NCBI GenBank assembly: GCA_965240325.2
Contig: OZ251238.1
Span: 1,550,001-1,614,000, forward strand
Source of the DNA: Rebecca billardiae RCC1528
Lineage: Eukaryota; Protista; Haptophyta
DNA: 64,000 nucleotides
Direction of reading: 5' to 3'
Shown here: one piece after another, positions 35,601 through 48,035 of the stretch
Numbering within the stretch: position 1 is the stretch's first letter
Layout of the letters: each line of letters opens with the position of its first letter
Program-made: the position numbers and the translations under genes
The notes under the pieces: model-generated
Databases searched by the model: none
The model's input: only the letters and a program-made list of their open reading frames with translations
Told to the model about the DNA's origin: nothing

Positions 35601-38600
35601 CCGCCGCCGTCGCCACCACCTTCGCCGCCACCGAGCACACCGCCCAGCCCGCCGCCGTCGCCGCCGCCTTCACCACCGCCGTCCCCGCCACCGTCGCGAC
35701 CGCCGAGTCCGCCGCCCAGCCCACCGCCCAGCCCGCCGCCGTCGCCGCCGCCGCCCAGCCCGCCGCCGAGCCCGCCGCCGAGCCCGCCGCCCAGCCCGCC
35801 GCCGTCGCCACCTCCGCCCAGCCCGCCGCCGTCGCCGCCGCCCTCTCCACCGCCGTCACCGCCACCATCGCGACCGCCGAGCCCGCCGCCGAGCCCGCCG
35901 CCGAGCCCGCCGCCGAGCCCACCGCCGTCTCCTCCGCCGAGCCAGCCTCCTTCCCCGCCGCCATCACCGCCGCCGAGCCGGCCGCCGAGCCCGCCGCCAA
36001 GTCCGCCGCCCTCGCCGCCGCCGTCGCCGCCACCCAGCCCGCCGCCAAGCCCACCGCCATCGCCACCGCCCAGCCCACCGCCCAGCCCGCCGCCATCGCC
36101 GCCACCGCCCAGCCCACCGCCCAGCCCTCCACCCTCGCCGCCGCCCAATCCGCCACCGAGCCCGCCACCGTCACCGCCGCCCTCTCCGCCGCCGTCGCCG
36201 CCACCTTCGCCGCCACCGAGCCCACCGCCCAGCCCGCCGCCGTCGCCACCGCCGCCGAGCCCGCCGCCGAGCCCGCCGCCGAGCCCGCCGCCCAGCCCGC
36301 CGCCGTCGCCGCCGCCCTCTCCACCGCCGTCACCGCTACCATCGCGACCGCCGAGCCCGCCGCCGAGCCCGCCGCCGAGCCCACCGCCGTCTCCTCCGCC
36401 GAGCCCGCCTCCTTCCCCGCCGCCGTCCCCGCCGCCCTTCCCGCCGCCGTCGTCGCCGCCGTCGCCACCACCCAGCCCCCCGCCCAACCCGCCGCCGGGC
36501 CCGCCGCCATCGCCGCCGCCATCGCCACCGCCGTCGCTGCCGCCGTCGCCACCTCCACCCAGCCCTCCGCCCAGCCCGCCGCCGTCCCCGCCACCGTCGC
36601 CGCCGCCGTCGCCGCCGCCGAGCCCGCCGCCGAGCCCGCCGCCGTCGCCGCCGCCGCCCAGCCCACCGCCCAGCCCGCCGCCGTCGCCGCCACCTTCGCC
36701 GCCGCCCAGCCCGCCGCCTTCCCCGCCGCCGTCCCCACCGCCGAGCCCGCCACTGTCGCCGCCACCCAGCCCGCCACCCAGCCCACCCCCGAGCCCGCCA
36801 CCTGCGCCGCCGCCCTCACCACCACCGTCGCCGCCGCCCTCGCCACCTCCGCCAAGCCCACCGCCCAGCCCGCCGCCCAGCCCGCCCCCGAGTCCGCCGC
36901 CGAGCCCGCCGCCCAGCCCGCCACCCAGCCCGCCGCCGAGCCCGCCGCCGGCTCCGCCGCCGTTGCTGCCACCGTCTCCGCCGCCCAGCCCGCCGCCCGG
37001 CCCACCGCCCTCGCCGCCGCCGTCACCACCGCCCTCACCCCCGCCGTCGCCACCACCCTCGCCGCCGCCGCCGAGCCCGCCGCCAAGCCCACCGCCGAGC
37101 CCGCCGCCAAGCCCGCCACCGTCGCCACCGCCGAGCCCGCCGCCGTCGCCGCCGCCGTCCCCGCCGCCGCCGAGCCCGCCACCGAGCCCGCCGCCGAGTC
37201 CGCCGCCATCGCCGCCGCCGCCCAGTCCGCCGCCCAGCCCGCCGCCCAGCCCACCGCCGCCGCCGCCGCCGCCGAGCCCGCCGCCGAGCCCGCCGCCGTC
37301 GCCGCCGCCGTCCCCGCCGCCGCCGTCCCCGCCGCCGTCCCCGCCGCCATCGCCACCGCCGTCGCCACCGCCGAGCCCGCCGCCGTTGCCGCCGCCGCCG
37401 CCGCGCGTGCTGCCGTTCCCGCCGCCCTCGCCTCCCGCGCCGCCGCCCTCGCCGCCGCCTTCGCCGCCGCCGGCGCTTCCGCCGTCGCCGCCGCCGAGCC
37501 CGCCGCCGAGCCCGCCGCCCGCGCCGCCGCCGTCCCCGCCGCCGAGCCCGCCGCCGAGCCCGCCGCCGAGCCCGCCGCCGAGCCCGCCGCCGCCGAGCCC
37601 GCCGCCGAGCCCGCCGCCGAGCCCGCCGCCCAGCCCGCCGCCGCCCTCGCCGCCGCCAAGCCCGCCGCCGTCGCCGCCGCCGTCGCCACCGCCGCCCAGC
37701 CCACCGCCCTCGCCGCCGCCGAGCCCGCCGCCGTCGCCGCCGCCGCCGAGCCCGCCGCCGAGCCCGCCGCCGAGCCCGCCACCGGCCCCACCGCCGCCCT
37801 TCCCGCCGCCGTCGCCGCCGCCGAGCCTGCCGCCGTCGCCGCCGCCGTCGCCACCGCCATTGCCGCCTCCGCCGCCGCGCACCGAGCCGTTCCCGCCGCC
37901 CTCGCCGCCCTCGCCGCCGCCGAGCCCGCCGCCGAGCCCGCCGCCTTCGCCGCCGCCGAGCCCGCCGCCCTCGCCGCCGCCGAGCCCGCCGCCCACGCCA
38001 CCGCCCTCGCCGCCGCCCTCGCCGCCGCCGAGCCCGCCGCCGAGCCCGCCGCCCTCGCCGCCGCCGAGCCCACCGCCGAGCCCGCCGCCGAGCCCGCCGC
38101 CCTCGCCGCCGCCGAGCGCGCCACCGAGCCCGCCGCCCTCGCCGCCGCCGAGCGCGCCACCGAGCCCGCCGCCCTCGCCGCCGCCGAGCCCGCCGCCAGT
38201 GCCGCCGCCCAGCGCGCCGCCTGCGCCGCCGCCCTCGCCGCCGCCACGCCCGCCGCCAGCGCCGAGCCCGCCGCCGCGCGCGCCGCCCTCGCCGCCCTCG
38301 CCGCCGCCCTCGCCGCCGCCCTCGCCGCCGCCGAGCCCGCCGCGCCCGCCCTCGCCGCCGCCCTCGCCGCCGGGCTCGACCGAGTACGTGCGCGTGTACG
38401 CCGCGGGCGCCGTCTCCGACTTTGCCGGCGCGGACGAGGCCGCGAGGCTCGAGGCCGCCTTCCGCAACGCGACGGGCGTGGACGGCGCGGCGGACGTGGC
38501 GCTGGTGAGCGTGGCCGCTGCGTCGGTCGCGCTCGTGTTCCGCGTGTTCACGCCGGCGGCGGCGCGGTACGTGGACGCGGACGCGGCGCTGCGCGCGCTG

Positions 38601-41600
38601 AGCCGCGCGCAGCTCGCCGCGCGCCTCGGCCTCGCGCTGCCGCAGCCGGGCGGCGGCGGCGGCGGCGGCGGCGGCGCGCCGAACGCGGTGGTGGAGCGCG
38701 CGTGGCCCGGCTGCACCGACTCGGCCGCGGCCAACTTCGACAGCAGCGCGGACGTGCAGCTGGGCGCGGGCGCGTGCGCGTACGCGCCGCCCGCCCCGGC
38801 GGCGCCGGGCTCGCCGCCGCCGCGCGCGCCGCCGCCGCGCCCCGGCTTTGGCGCGCCGCTGCGCGCCGTCGCGGGCGGCGGCGCCGTGCGGATCGCGACG
38901 CCGCCGCACCCGAGCGGGCTGCCGGCCGGCTCGGCGGTCAAGTGGGCGCGCGCGCCGGACGAGGCGGCGGCGGCGTTCGACGAGGGCGCGGGCGGCTGGG
39001 CGGGCGTGGTGGACTGCGCGCCGCCCGCGCACGCCGGCCTCGGCGGCGCCGACGGCGTGCCGCTCCCGCCCGACGGCGCGCTGCGCTGGGCCTTTGCCGA
39101 GGCGGGCGCGTACGCGCTCTGCGCGCGCGCGCCTGCGGGGCCGGAGGCGGCGCGCTGGGCGGTGGCGCCGGGGTTCGAGCTGAGCGTGGCGGCCGTGTTC
39201 GGGCTGGTGGGACCGTCGCACGTGGTGGCGGGCGCGCAGGCGAGCGTCACCCTCGCGGGCGAGCGCCTCGCCGCGGGCGACCTCGTCGCGTGGGCGGCCG
39301 CGGGCGCGGCGGGCTGCGCGGACGCCGCGGCCGCAGCGCCGCTGCTCGGCGGCGGCCGCGCCGCCGCGAGCGCGCCGTTCGCGATCGCGAGGGCGCAGCT
39401 GGGGCTGGCGCTGTGCTACACGCCCGCGCGCGGCGTCGCGCCCGCGCTGCTGCGCAACGTCACGCTCGACGCCGTGCGCGTCGACGGCCCCGCGCTCGCG
39501 CTCGGCGCGGCGGGCGGCGGCGCGGCGCGCGTGCGGTTTGCGGGCGTCGGGCTGGGCGCGCCGGGCGACGGTGCGCTGTGGGCGCGGCCCGAGCCGTCGG
39601 CGGCGGCGGCGTGCGCGGCGGCGGACGCGGCGCGCGCCACGCCCGTCGGGCCCGACGGCGGCGCGGCCTTCGCCTTCGACGCCCCCGCGCCCGACCTGCG
39701 CCTGTGCTACGCGCACCGCGGCGGGCCGCTCACCGCGTACGCGCACGTGCGCGCGCGCGCCGCCGCGGTGCTCGGCCCGGAGGCGGCGCTCGGCGTGGCG
39801 GGCGCGGCGCGCTCGCTGCCGCTCGAGGGCGTGGGGCTGGCGGACGGCGACGCCGCGCGCTGGATCGACGCGTCCGACGGCGACGACGCCGCCGCCGCCG
39901 CCGCGTGCACGCGCGCCGCGCTCGACGCGGACGCGCCCGCCGCGGGCGCGGAGGGCGGCGCGCGCTGGTACGGCACCCCGATGGCGCTCGCGGGCGGCGC
40001 GCTCGCCTTCACGCCCGCGGCGCCCGCCGCGCGGCTGCGGCTGTGCTACGCCTTTGGCGGCGGCGTCGACGCCGACGCCGCCGCGTCGGCGTCGGGGCCG
40101 CCGCCGGTGCTCGCCGCCGCCAACGTGAGCCTGACGGTGGTCTCGCTCGACGGCGCCGAGCTCGGCGCGCCCGGCGGCGGCGCGCCGGTCGCGGCGCTCG
40201 GCGCGGCGGGCGGCTCGCTGGGCGTGCGGCCGCTCGGCGCGGGCGTGGGCGCGGGCGACGAGGCGTACCTCGCGCCGCCCGGCACGCGCGCCGCGGCGTG
40301 CGACGGCGCCGCCGCGCTCGGCGTGCGCGGCGGCGTGGCGCGCGTCGGCGCCGACGGCGTCGTCGCCTTTGCGCTCGCGCCCGGCGGCGGCGGCGTCAAC
40401 CTGACGCTGTGCTACCGCTTCCGGCCGGGGCACGGCGGCGGCGGCGGCGGCGCGGCGTGGGCGGTGGCGCCGCACCCGGCGGGGCGCGTCGACGTGCTCG
40501 AGCTCACGCGGCCGCGCCTCGCCGTCGCGGTGGTGGGCGCGCCGCGCGCGGTGCGCTTCGAGGGGCACGGCGTCGCGCCGGGCGACCGCGCCGCGTGGGT
40601 GTCCGAGCCGGCGGCGTGCGACGCGAGCGCCGGGCCCGCCCCGGCCGCCGTGGGGCCGGCGACGCTCGACGGCGCGCTCCGCGCGGCGTTCGGCGCCGCG
40701 GGCGCGCGCGCCGCGGGGCTCGTGCTGTGCTACCGCTGGGCCGCGCTCGGCGCGTGGTCGCTCGCGCCGGCCGCGCGCCTCGCGGTCGTCGGCTCGGCCG
40801 ACCCGCTCGCGGGCGCGCGCGTGGACGCGGTCGTGCCGCGCGGCGCGGCGATCGGCGCGGGCGCGGCGGCGCGCACGCGCGTGCGCGTGCTCGGCGCCGG
40901 CTTCGACCCGGCCGTCGCGCTGCTCGCGTACTGCGAGTTTGGCGCCGTGCGCGTGCCCGCGGCCGCGGTCTCGGAGGGGGCGGTCGAGTGCGACGCGCCC
41001 GCCGCCGCGCTCGGCGCGGCGGGCGGCGAGCGCGCGCTCTCGGTGCGCGTGGGCGTGGGCGCGGCCGGCGAGGAGGCGGGCGGCGACGGCGGCGGCGTGA
41101 GCTCGGGGCTGCTCGTGGCGGACGGCGCCGGCGACGCGCCCTTTGTGCTCTACAACGCGTCGCGCGTGCGCGTGACGAGCGTGTGGCCGCCGGGCGCGCC
41201 GCTCGGCGCGGCGGCGGGCGTGGCGCTGCGCGTGGGCCTCGCCGAGCTGCTCGAGCTGGGCGCGCCCGCGCTCGGGTTCGGGCCGCCGCTGCACGGCGGC
41301 GCCGAGGGCGGCGTGGCGCTCGTCGGCGCGAGCGCGCCCGACGCGCTGCGCGCGGAGCTGCGCGGCGCCGCGCCGTACGCGCCCGCGTCCGCGCTCGGCG
41401 GCGCGCTCGGCGCGGTGCTCGCGCCCGTCTCCGCCTCGCTCGACGGCGCGACGTTTGGCGGCGGCGGCTCGTTCGGCGTGTACGCGGCGCTGCTGCACGG
41501 CGTGCGCCCGGCCGGCGCGCCCGCGCGCGCGCCGGGCGCGGTGCGCGTGCTCGGCGCGGGGCTGGTCGAGCTCGCGCCGGGCGCGGCGCTCTGCGTGTTC

Positions 41601-44600
41601 CGCCCGCTCGCGCCCGCCGCCGCCGCCGCGGGCTACGCCTTCCGCACGCCCGCCGCCCTCGAGCGCGGCGGCGGCGGCGCGTCGTGCGGCACGCCCGGCG
41701 CCGCGCCGCCCGGCGCGTACGAGATTGCAATCTCGCTCAACGGCGGCGCGCACGAGGTGGGCTCGCTCTTCGAGCCGCCGACGCTCGAGCTGTACGACGC
41801 GGCGCGCGTGGCGGTGCGCGCGCTGCAGCCGCCGGGCGGGCCCGTGCACGGCGGCACCGACGTGACGCTGCTCGGGTCGGGGTTCGCCGAGTACGGCGCG
41901 GGGCTGCTGTGCTGCGTGCTGCTCGGCGGCGACGACGACGCGGCGCGCGCCGGCTGCGCCGCGCCCGCGCGGCTGCTCGCGCCCGACCCGGCGGCGCCGG
42001 CGGAGAGCCGCGCGGCGTGCGTGCTGCCCGCCGCGCGCGCGGGCGCGCGCTCGCTCGAGCTCTCGCTCGGCAACGGCACGGTGGGCTCCACCTCCGCCTC
42101 AGGCGCACTCTTCACGCACTACGCGCCACCCACGCTGCTGGGCGCGGCGCCGGCGCCCGCCGACTCGCTCGGCGGCGCGCTGGTGACGCTGCGCGGCGCG
42201 GGGTTCGGCGCGCTGGGCGACGGCGGCGCGCACGCGCGCGTGGCGTTCGGGCCGGTGCTCACGGCCGAGCCGCCGCTGCTCGCCACCGACCGCACGCTCG
42301 TCGTGCGCGCGCCGTGGGGCGACGCAGGGCACACGCGCGTGCGCGTGTCGCTCAACGGGCAGCAGCTCCACCCGGCGCCGGCGGACGAGGGCGCGCCGTT
42401 CGGGTTTGTCGGGCTGCACCGCCCCGAGCTGCTCGGCGCGGCCTTCTCGGCGGACGGCTCGAGCCTCGAGCTGCGCTTCGACGCGCAGCCCACCGACGAG
42501 GGCGGCGCGGTCGGCGCCGTGCCGTGCGCGGCGCTGCTCGACGACGAGACGAGCGCGGCGCTCGGCGGCGGCGGCGGCGAGGGCGGCGGCGAGGGCGGCT
42601 CGTCGCCGGCGCCGCGGTGCCACTGGTCCACGCCGAGCACGCTCGTGGCACAGCTGGGCGCGGGCACGAGCCTGCGCCCGGGCTCGCGCGTGGCGCTGCG
42701 GCCGCACGCCATCGCGCCCGCGTTCCTCGCCGCGGCGTGCCCGCACCCGCTCTGCGCCAACGGCTCGGCGACCATCCCGCTCGACGCGCCGTGCGCGCCG
42801 CACGCGTGCCCCGCGCCGGTCGCGGCGCTCGCCGGCCCCGCGGCGCTCTCGGTGTGCCCGGACGAGCCGATCGTGCTCGACGCGTCCGGCTCGGGCGGCG
42901 GCGGCATCGCGCCGCTCGTGTTCGAGTGGGCCGCCGACCCGTCGCGCTCCGACCGCGCCGACGCGCTCAACGCGCACCTGCGCGCGCTGCCGCCGTCGAC
43001 GGCGGCGCTGACGGTGCCCGCCGCGCTGATCGGCGGCGAGCGGTACGCGTTCGTCGTGCGCGTCTCGTCCGCGCTGACGGGCGCGGCGTCGGCGCCGGCC
43101 GAGTGGGCGGTGGCGCGCACGGGCGAGGCCGACCCCGCGCTCGCGTTCGACGGCCCGCACGCGCTGCGCGTCCGCCCCGCGTCCGAGCTGTTCGCGCGCG
43201 GCGCCGTGCGGCTCGCCGCGTGCTGGCCGCCGGACGCGCCCTCGTCGCGCGTCGACTTCGAGTGGAGCGTGGCGGGCGTGGCGGAGGCGGGCACGGGGCT
43301 GCGCGCGGACGACGAGGCGGCGGAGGCCGCGCGCGTCAGCGCCCTCCTGCGCGCGGCCGCGACGGACGCGTCCGCGCTGCTGCCGCCCTTCTCGCTGCGC
43401 GCGCGCACCGCGTACACGCTGCGCCTGCGCGCGTGGATGGCGGCGGCGCCGGTCGCGGCCGCGGCCGCGTCGCTCGCCGTGACGGTCGAGCCCGAGGCGC
43501 TGCGCGCGGTGCTCGACGTCGCGAGCCTCACCGCGTCGGCGGGCGGCGCGTGGGCGCTCGACGGCTCCGCCTCGTTCGACCCCAACGTGCCCCTCGCGCT
43601 CGGCGCGGCCGGGCTGCAGTACGCGTGGGAGCTGCAGCGGCGGCGGGCGGCGGGCGGCGGCGGCGCCAACGGCACGGCGGCGCACGCCGGCGGGCAGCTC
43701 GAGGCGGTGGCGCTGCCCGCGGGCGTGGACGGCGCGTCGGCGGTGCTGGCCGTGCCCGCGGGCGCGCTGCCCGCGGGCGAGTACGTCGCCACGCTGCGGC
43801 TGGCCAAGCCGGGCGTGGGCGGCGCGAGCGCGGCCGCCGCCGTGCAGCTCGTGGGCGCGGCGCTGCCGACGATCCGCTTCGAGCCGCGGCGCGCGCGCAA
43901 GCACAGCGCGGCGTGGGCGCTGCCGACCGAGCGGCTGGTGGTGCGCGCCGCGCTGGACGACGCCTCGCTCGCGCGCGAGGCGTCGGGCGGCGCCGCGTGG
44001 GCGTACGCGTGGACGCTCGTGCCGCTCGGCGCGGACGGCGCGCGCGCGGCCGGCGCCGCGCCGATCCCGCTCGGCGGCGCGGCCGGCGCGCGCCTCACCG
44101 CCGCGGGCGGCGCCGCGCCGAGCGTCGCGTTCGTCTCGGGCGCGCTCGCGCCGGGCGGGTCGTACGCGCTGCAGCTGGCCGTGACCGACGCGCTGCTCGG
44201 CGGCGGCGGCGTGCCCGCGCTCGGCTCGACCACGCTCTCGCTCAACCGGCCGCCGCACGGCGGCTGGCTCGAGGCGGCGCCCGCGCGCGGCGACGCGGTG
44301 GCGACGCGCTTTGCGCTGCGCGCGCGCGGCTGGGCGGACGAGGCGGACGACCTGCCGCTGCGCTACGCGTTCTCGTACGCGCCCGCCTCGCCGCCCGCGC
44401 CCGGCGGCGCCGAGCCGGGCGGCACGCCGCTCGGCGAGCGCACGCTCTCGAGCGCCGCCGCCGCCGTGCTGCCGCCGGGCGCGTGGGCGGTCGGCGTGGC
44501 CGTCACCGACGCGCTCGGCGCGGCCGCGCGCGCGAGCGCGGGCGTGGAGGCGCGCGCGCCGGCGGAGGGCGCGCTGCCGTGCGCCGTGCTGCGCGGCGCG

Positions 44601-45544
44601 CTCGCCGACGCCGAGGCCGCCGTCGAGCGCGCGGACGCGGACGGCGCGCGCCAGCTGCTCGGCGCGCTCGCGGCCGCGGCCGCGGGCGGCGGAGCCGGCG
44701 GCGGAGCCGGCGGCGCGTGCAACGCGAGCGCGGCCGAGCCGCCGCCGCCGTCCGAGGCGGCGGTGGTGGCGCAGATGCTCGCGCTCGCGCGGCGCGCGGC
44801 GAACCGCACGCTCTCCACGCCCACCTCGCGGCTGCACGCCGCGAGCGTGCTGCGCGCCGTGCTCGGCGCCGCGGCGCGCGTCGGCGCCGCGGCGCGCGCG
44901 GACGCGCTCGAGCAGGTGGGTGCGATCGCACGGGCGGCGGCGGCGGACGGGCTGGACGGCGCGACGGCGTCGGCGCTGGTCGGCGCGCTGGACGGCGCGC
45001 TCGGCGGCGAGGCCGCCGCCGCCGACGAGCCCGCCGCCGTCGAGGCGGCGCAGCGCGCCGCGCGCGCGTCCGCGCTCGCGCTCGGCGCGGCGCTCGCCGC
45101 CGGCCGCGCGCCGGGCGAGCCGCGCGCCGAGGCGGTGGGCGCGCGCGTCGCGATCTCGGCGCAGCGGCTGGCGCCGGCGGCGCTCGGCGGCGGCGTGGCG
45201 CTCGGCGGCGCGGGCGGCGCGTTCGAGCTCGCGCTGCCCCCCTCCGCGCTCGGCGCCGGCGCGGCCGGCGGCGTCGACGTGCTCGGCGTGGCGTTTGCGC
45301 GCGGCGCGGGCGCGCACCCGCCGCCCGGCGCGGGCGCGCGCGCGCTCGCGAGCGCCGTTGTGGGCGTGACGCTCGGCTCGGCGGCGGACGGCTCGCCGAT
45401 CGAGGTGCGCGGCCTCGAGCCGCCGCTCGTGCTCACCATCCCGCTCCCGCCCGCCGCGCCGCCGCCGCCGGACGGCGAGTCCGTCGCCTGCCACTGGTGG
45501 GACGAGGCGGCCGGCGCGTGGAGCGCCGCCGGCTGCGAGACGGT

Positions 45545-45577
<33 letters not shown>

Positions 45578-48035
45578 GCTGGTGTGCGCGTGCTCGCACC
45601 TCACCGACTTTGCGGGCGTCTCCGTGCCCACGTCGTCCGACGAGCTCGCGGCGGACGCCGCGTCCTTCTCGGTGAACACGCTGCAGGCCGACGACTTCGC
45701 CGCGCTCTCCGACGTCGACCTCTCCGAGAACCCGTACGTGTACGGCCTCGTGCTCGGCATGGCGGCCGCCAACGCGCTCTGCCTCGCGCTCTTCGCGGCG
45801 CGCGACGCGGCCGAGGCGCGCGCGCGCACGCGGCGCCGGCTGGGCGCGAGGCTGGGCACGGCGCTGCGCGCGGACGGCGAGCGCGCCGAGCTGCTCGCGC
45901 GCAAGCTCGAGACCGGGCTCGACGACCTCGACGACTACCTCGCCGAGCGCGCCAACCACGCGGCCGCGCTCATCCAGCGGATCGCGCGCGGCCGCTCGGC
46001 GCGCGCGCTCGCCGCGGACGAGGCGGCGGCCGCCGCCGCGGCGGCCGCGCCGGCGGACGGCGCGCCCGCCGCCGCCGCGGCGGCGCGGCGGCGCTGGCGC
46101 GGGGCGGACCGCGCGTCGGAGCACGGCCTCACGCGCCTCTTCCGCGCCATCGCCGCGCGGCTGCGCACCGAGCACACGCTGCTCGCGCTGTGGTTTGGCG
46201 ACGCGGAGGAGCTGTCGCGCGCCGAGCTGTGCCAGCTCTTCTGGTCGCTCATGTTCCTCGGCCTCGTGCTCTCGTGCATGCTCTTCGCGGCGGAGCCGCC
46301 GCCCGACTCCGCGCCGTCGAGCGTCAGCCTGACGCACGCGCTGCTCACCGCGCTCGTCACCGCCGGCCTCGCCATCCCCGGGCTCGCGCTGCTCCGGCTG
46401 GCGTTCCGGCTCGGGTACGCGCGCATGTCGGGCCCGCTCTCGCGCCGCGTGTTTGCGCACCTGCGCGAGGACGCGCGCGAGGCGCGGCAGCGCTCCGTGT
46501 TCCACACGTCGGTGCGCTCGGTGCTGCAGGCGACGCCGCGCGAGCAGCTCGCCGCGCTCTCGCGCGCCACCTCGCGCGCCAGCGTCGGCGGCGGCGGCTC
46601 CGCGCGCGCCTCGTCGTTTGCCGGCCGCGCCGCCTGGGCCAAGGCGCGCTCGGCGGACGCGCTCGCGCGGCCGCACCGCGGCGCGGCCGGCCGCGCGGCC
46701 GCCGCCGCCGCCGACCGCGTGACGCCCGAGCCCACGCGCGCCGCCGCCGCCGTCGCGCCCGTCGAGCCCGAGGGCGGCTCGCCGCGCGCGCCCGCCGCGC
46801 TCGCGCCCGCGCTCGGCGGCGACGGCTCGGAAGAGGACCGCTCGACGGCCGGCCGCGCGCGCCGGCCCACCGTCGACGAGAGCGGCGCGGCCGTCACGCT
46901 GCCGCCCGTGCCCGGCCAGCCGCCGCGCGTGCTCTCGCAGCGCACGCTGCGCACCGGCCGCTCGCGCTCCGCCGAGCTCGGCGCGCCGCCGCCCACGAGC
47001 GTCGCGGCCGCCGCCGCCGCGGCCGCCGCCGCGTACGCCGCCGCGGAGGGCGGCGAGCGCGCGGCGGCGGCGGAGGAGGCGTCGACGCCGCAGGCGCGCC
47101 GCTCGCGCGTCTCGCCCGACGAGCTGCTGCGCCGCGCCGCGCACGCCGCCGCCTCGCCGCCCGGCGCCGCGCCGCCGCCGCCGCCGCCGCCCGGCCCGCC
47201 GCCGCCGCCGCCGCCGGGCGCGGCGGCACCGCCCTCGCTCGCGCTCGCGGCGGTCGCGGCGGCGCGGCGCGCCGAGTCGCGCGGTGGCGCCGCCGCCGAC
47301 GACGACGACGACGAGGGGAGCCCGCCGCCGATGCTCGGCGCCGCGCGCCCCGGCGGCAGCGTCGTCTCGTTCGTGCGCGACGACGAGCTGCTCACCGACG
47401 GCGGCGCGGTGCTGCGGCACGCGCTCGACGGCCCGACGCTCGCGCTGCTCAAGAGGAAGTTCCGGCTGTACGACGTGGACGACTCGGGCGGCGTGGACGG
47501 CGCCGAGTTTGGCGCGCTGCTCTACGACCTCGGCTTCCGGCTGCGCCGCCGCACCGTGCGCGCGCTCGCCACCGAGCTCGACACGGACGCGAACGGCGTG
47601 ATCGGCTTCACGGAGCTCGTCGCGTGGTACTCCGACATGGTCACCTCCGAGGCGGCCAAGGAGGCGCGGCGCAGCGAGGGGCTGGGCGGCCGGCTGCGCG
47701 CGCTCGCGGCGCGCGCCGCGCCGCCCGCGCGCGTGCGCATCGGCCTCGCGTGGGCCTTCGTCTGGGGCCTCACCGTCGGGATGGCGCTGCTCGCGGTCGT
47801 GTACGCGCGCGCGCTCGGCGCGGCCGCGACGCGCGCGATGATCGGCTCGTGGGGCGTGGCGGAGGTGCAGACGCTCGGCGTGGAGGAGCCGCTCCTGATC
47901 GCGGTCGGCGTCGCGCTGCCCATCATCGCCGAGTGGATGAGCCGCGGCTCGCTCGGCGAGCTCGCCGCCGAGCTCGCCGCCACCACCGTCGGCGTGTGCA
48001 TCCACGGCCTCAAGACGGCGACCGGCATCTGCTAG
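29652..48035 (+). CDS. Giant polycystin-1/REJ-like surface receptor (~5875 aa); exons 29652-29791, 29893-30072, 30247-30600, 30790-31125, 31212-31391, 31598-48035
   Basis: In order: signal peptide MLPLLALVAPA; RCC1/BLIP-II repeats (HSC..KCWG...GQLG); Ser-Pro3 stalk; SEA-like segment; Ig-like repeats; IPT/TIG (PPGGPVHGGTDVTLLGSGF); REJ (VLDASGS, LDGSASFDP, NRPPHGG, GWADEADDLPLRYAF); GPS (CHWWD..WSAAGC..CACSHLTDFA); TM1; IQ; PKD1-like TM2-3 (EHTLLALW..LSRAE); EF-hand pair; further TM helices ending GVEEPL. Exon lengths sum to 17628 nt, in frame. Confidence 0.85.
31698..38372 (+). repeat. Coding (Ser-Pro3/4)n extensin/pherophorin-like repeat, ~2225 codons
   Basis: 12-nt unit such as agcccgccgccg or tcgccgccgccc, with synonymous variation and no stops or frameshifts over 6.7 kb. 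Confidence 0.95.

Noticed and set aside
32072-39250. 2392-aa Gly-rich minus-strand ORF and related Ala-rich ORFs
   Set aside because: Antisense or alternative-frame shadows of the Ser-Pro3 repeat. The + frame continues into recognisable domains.
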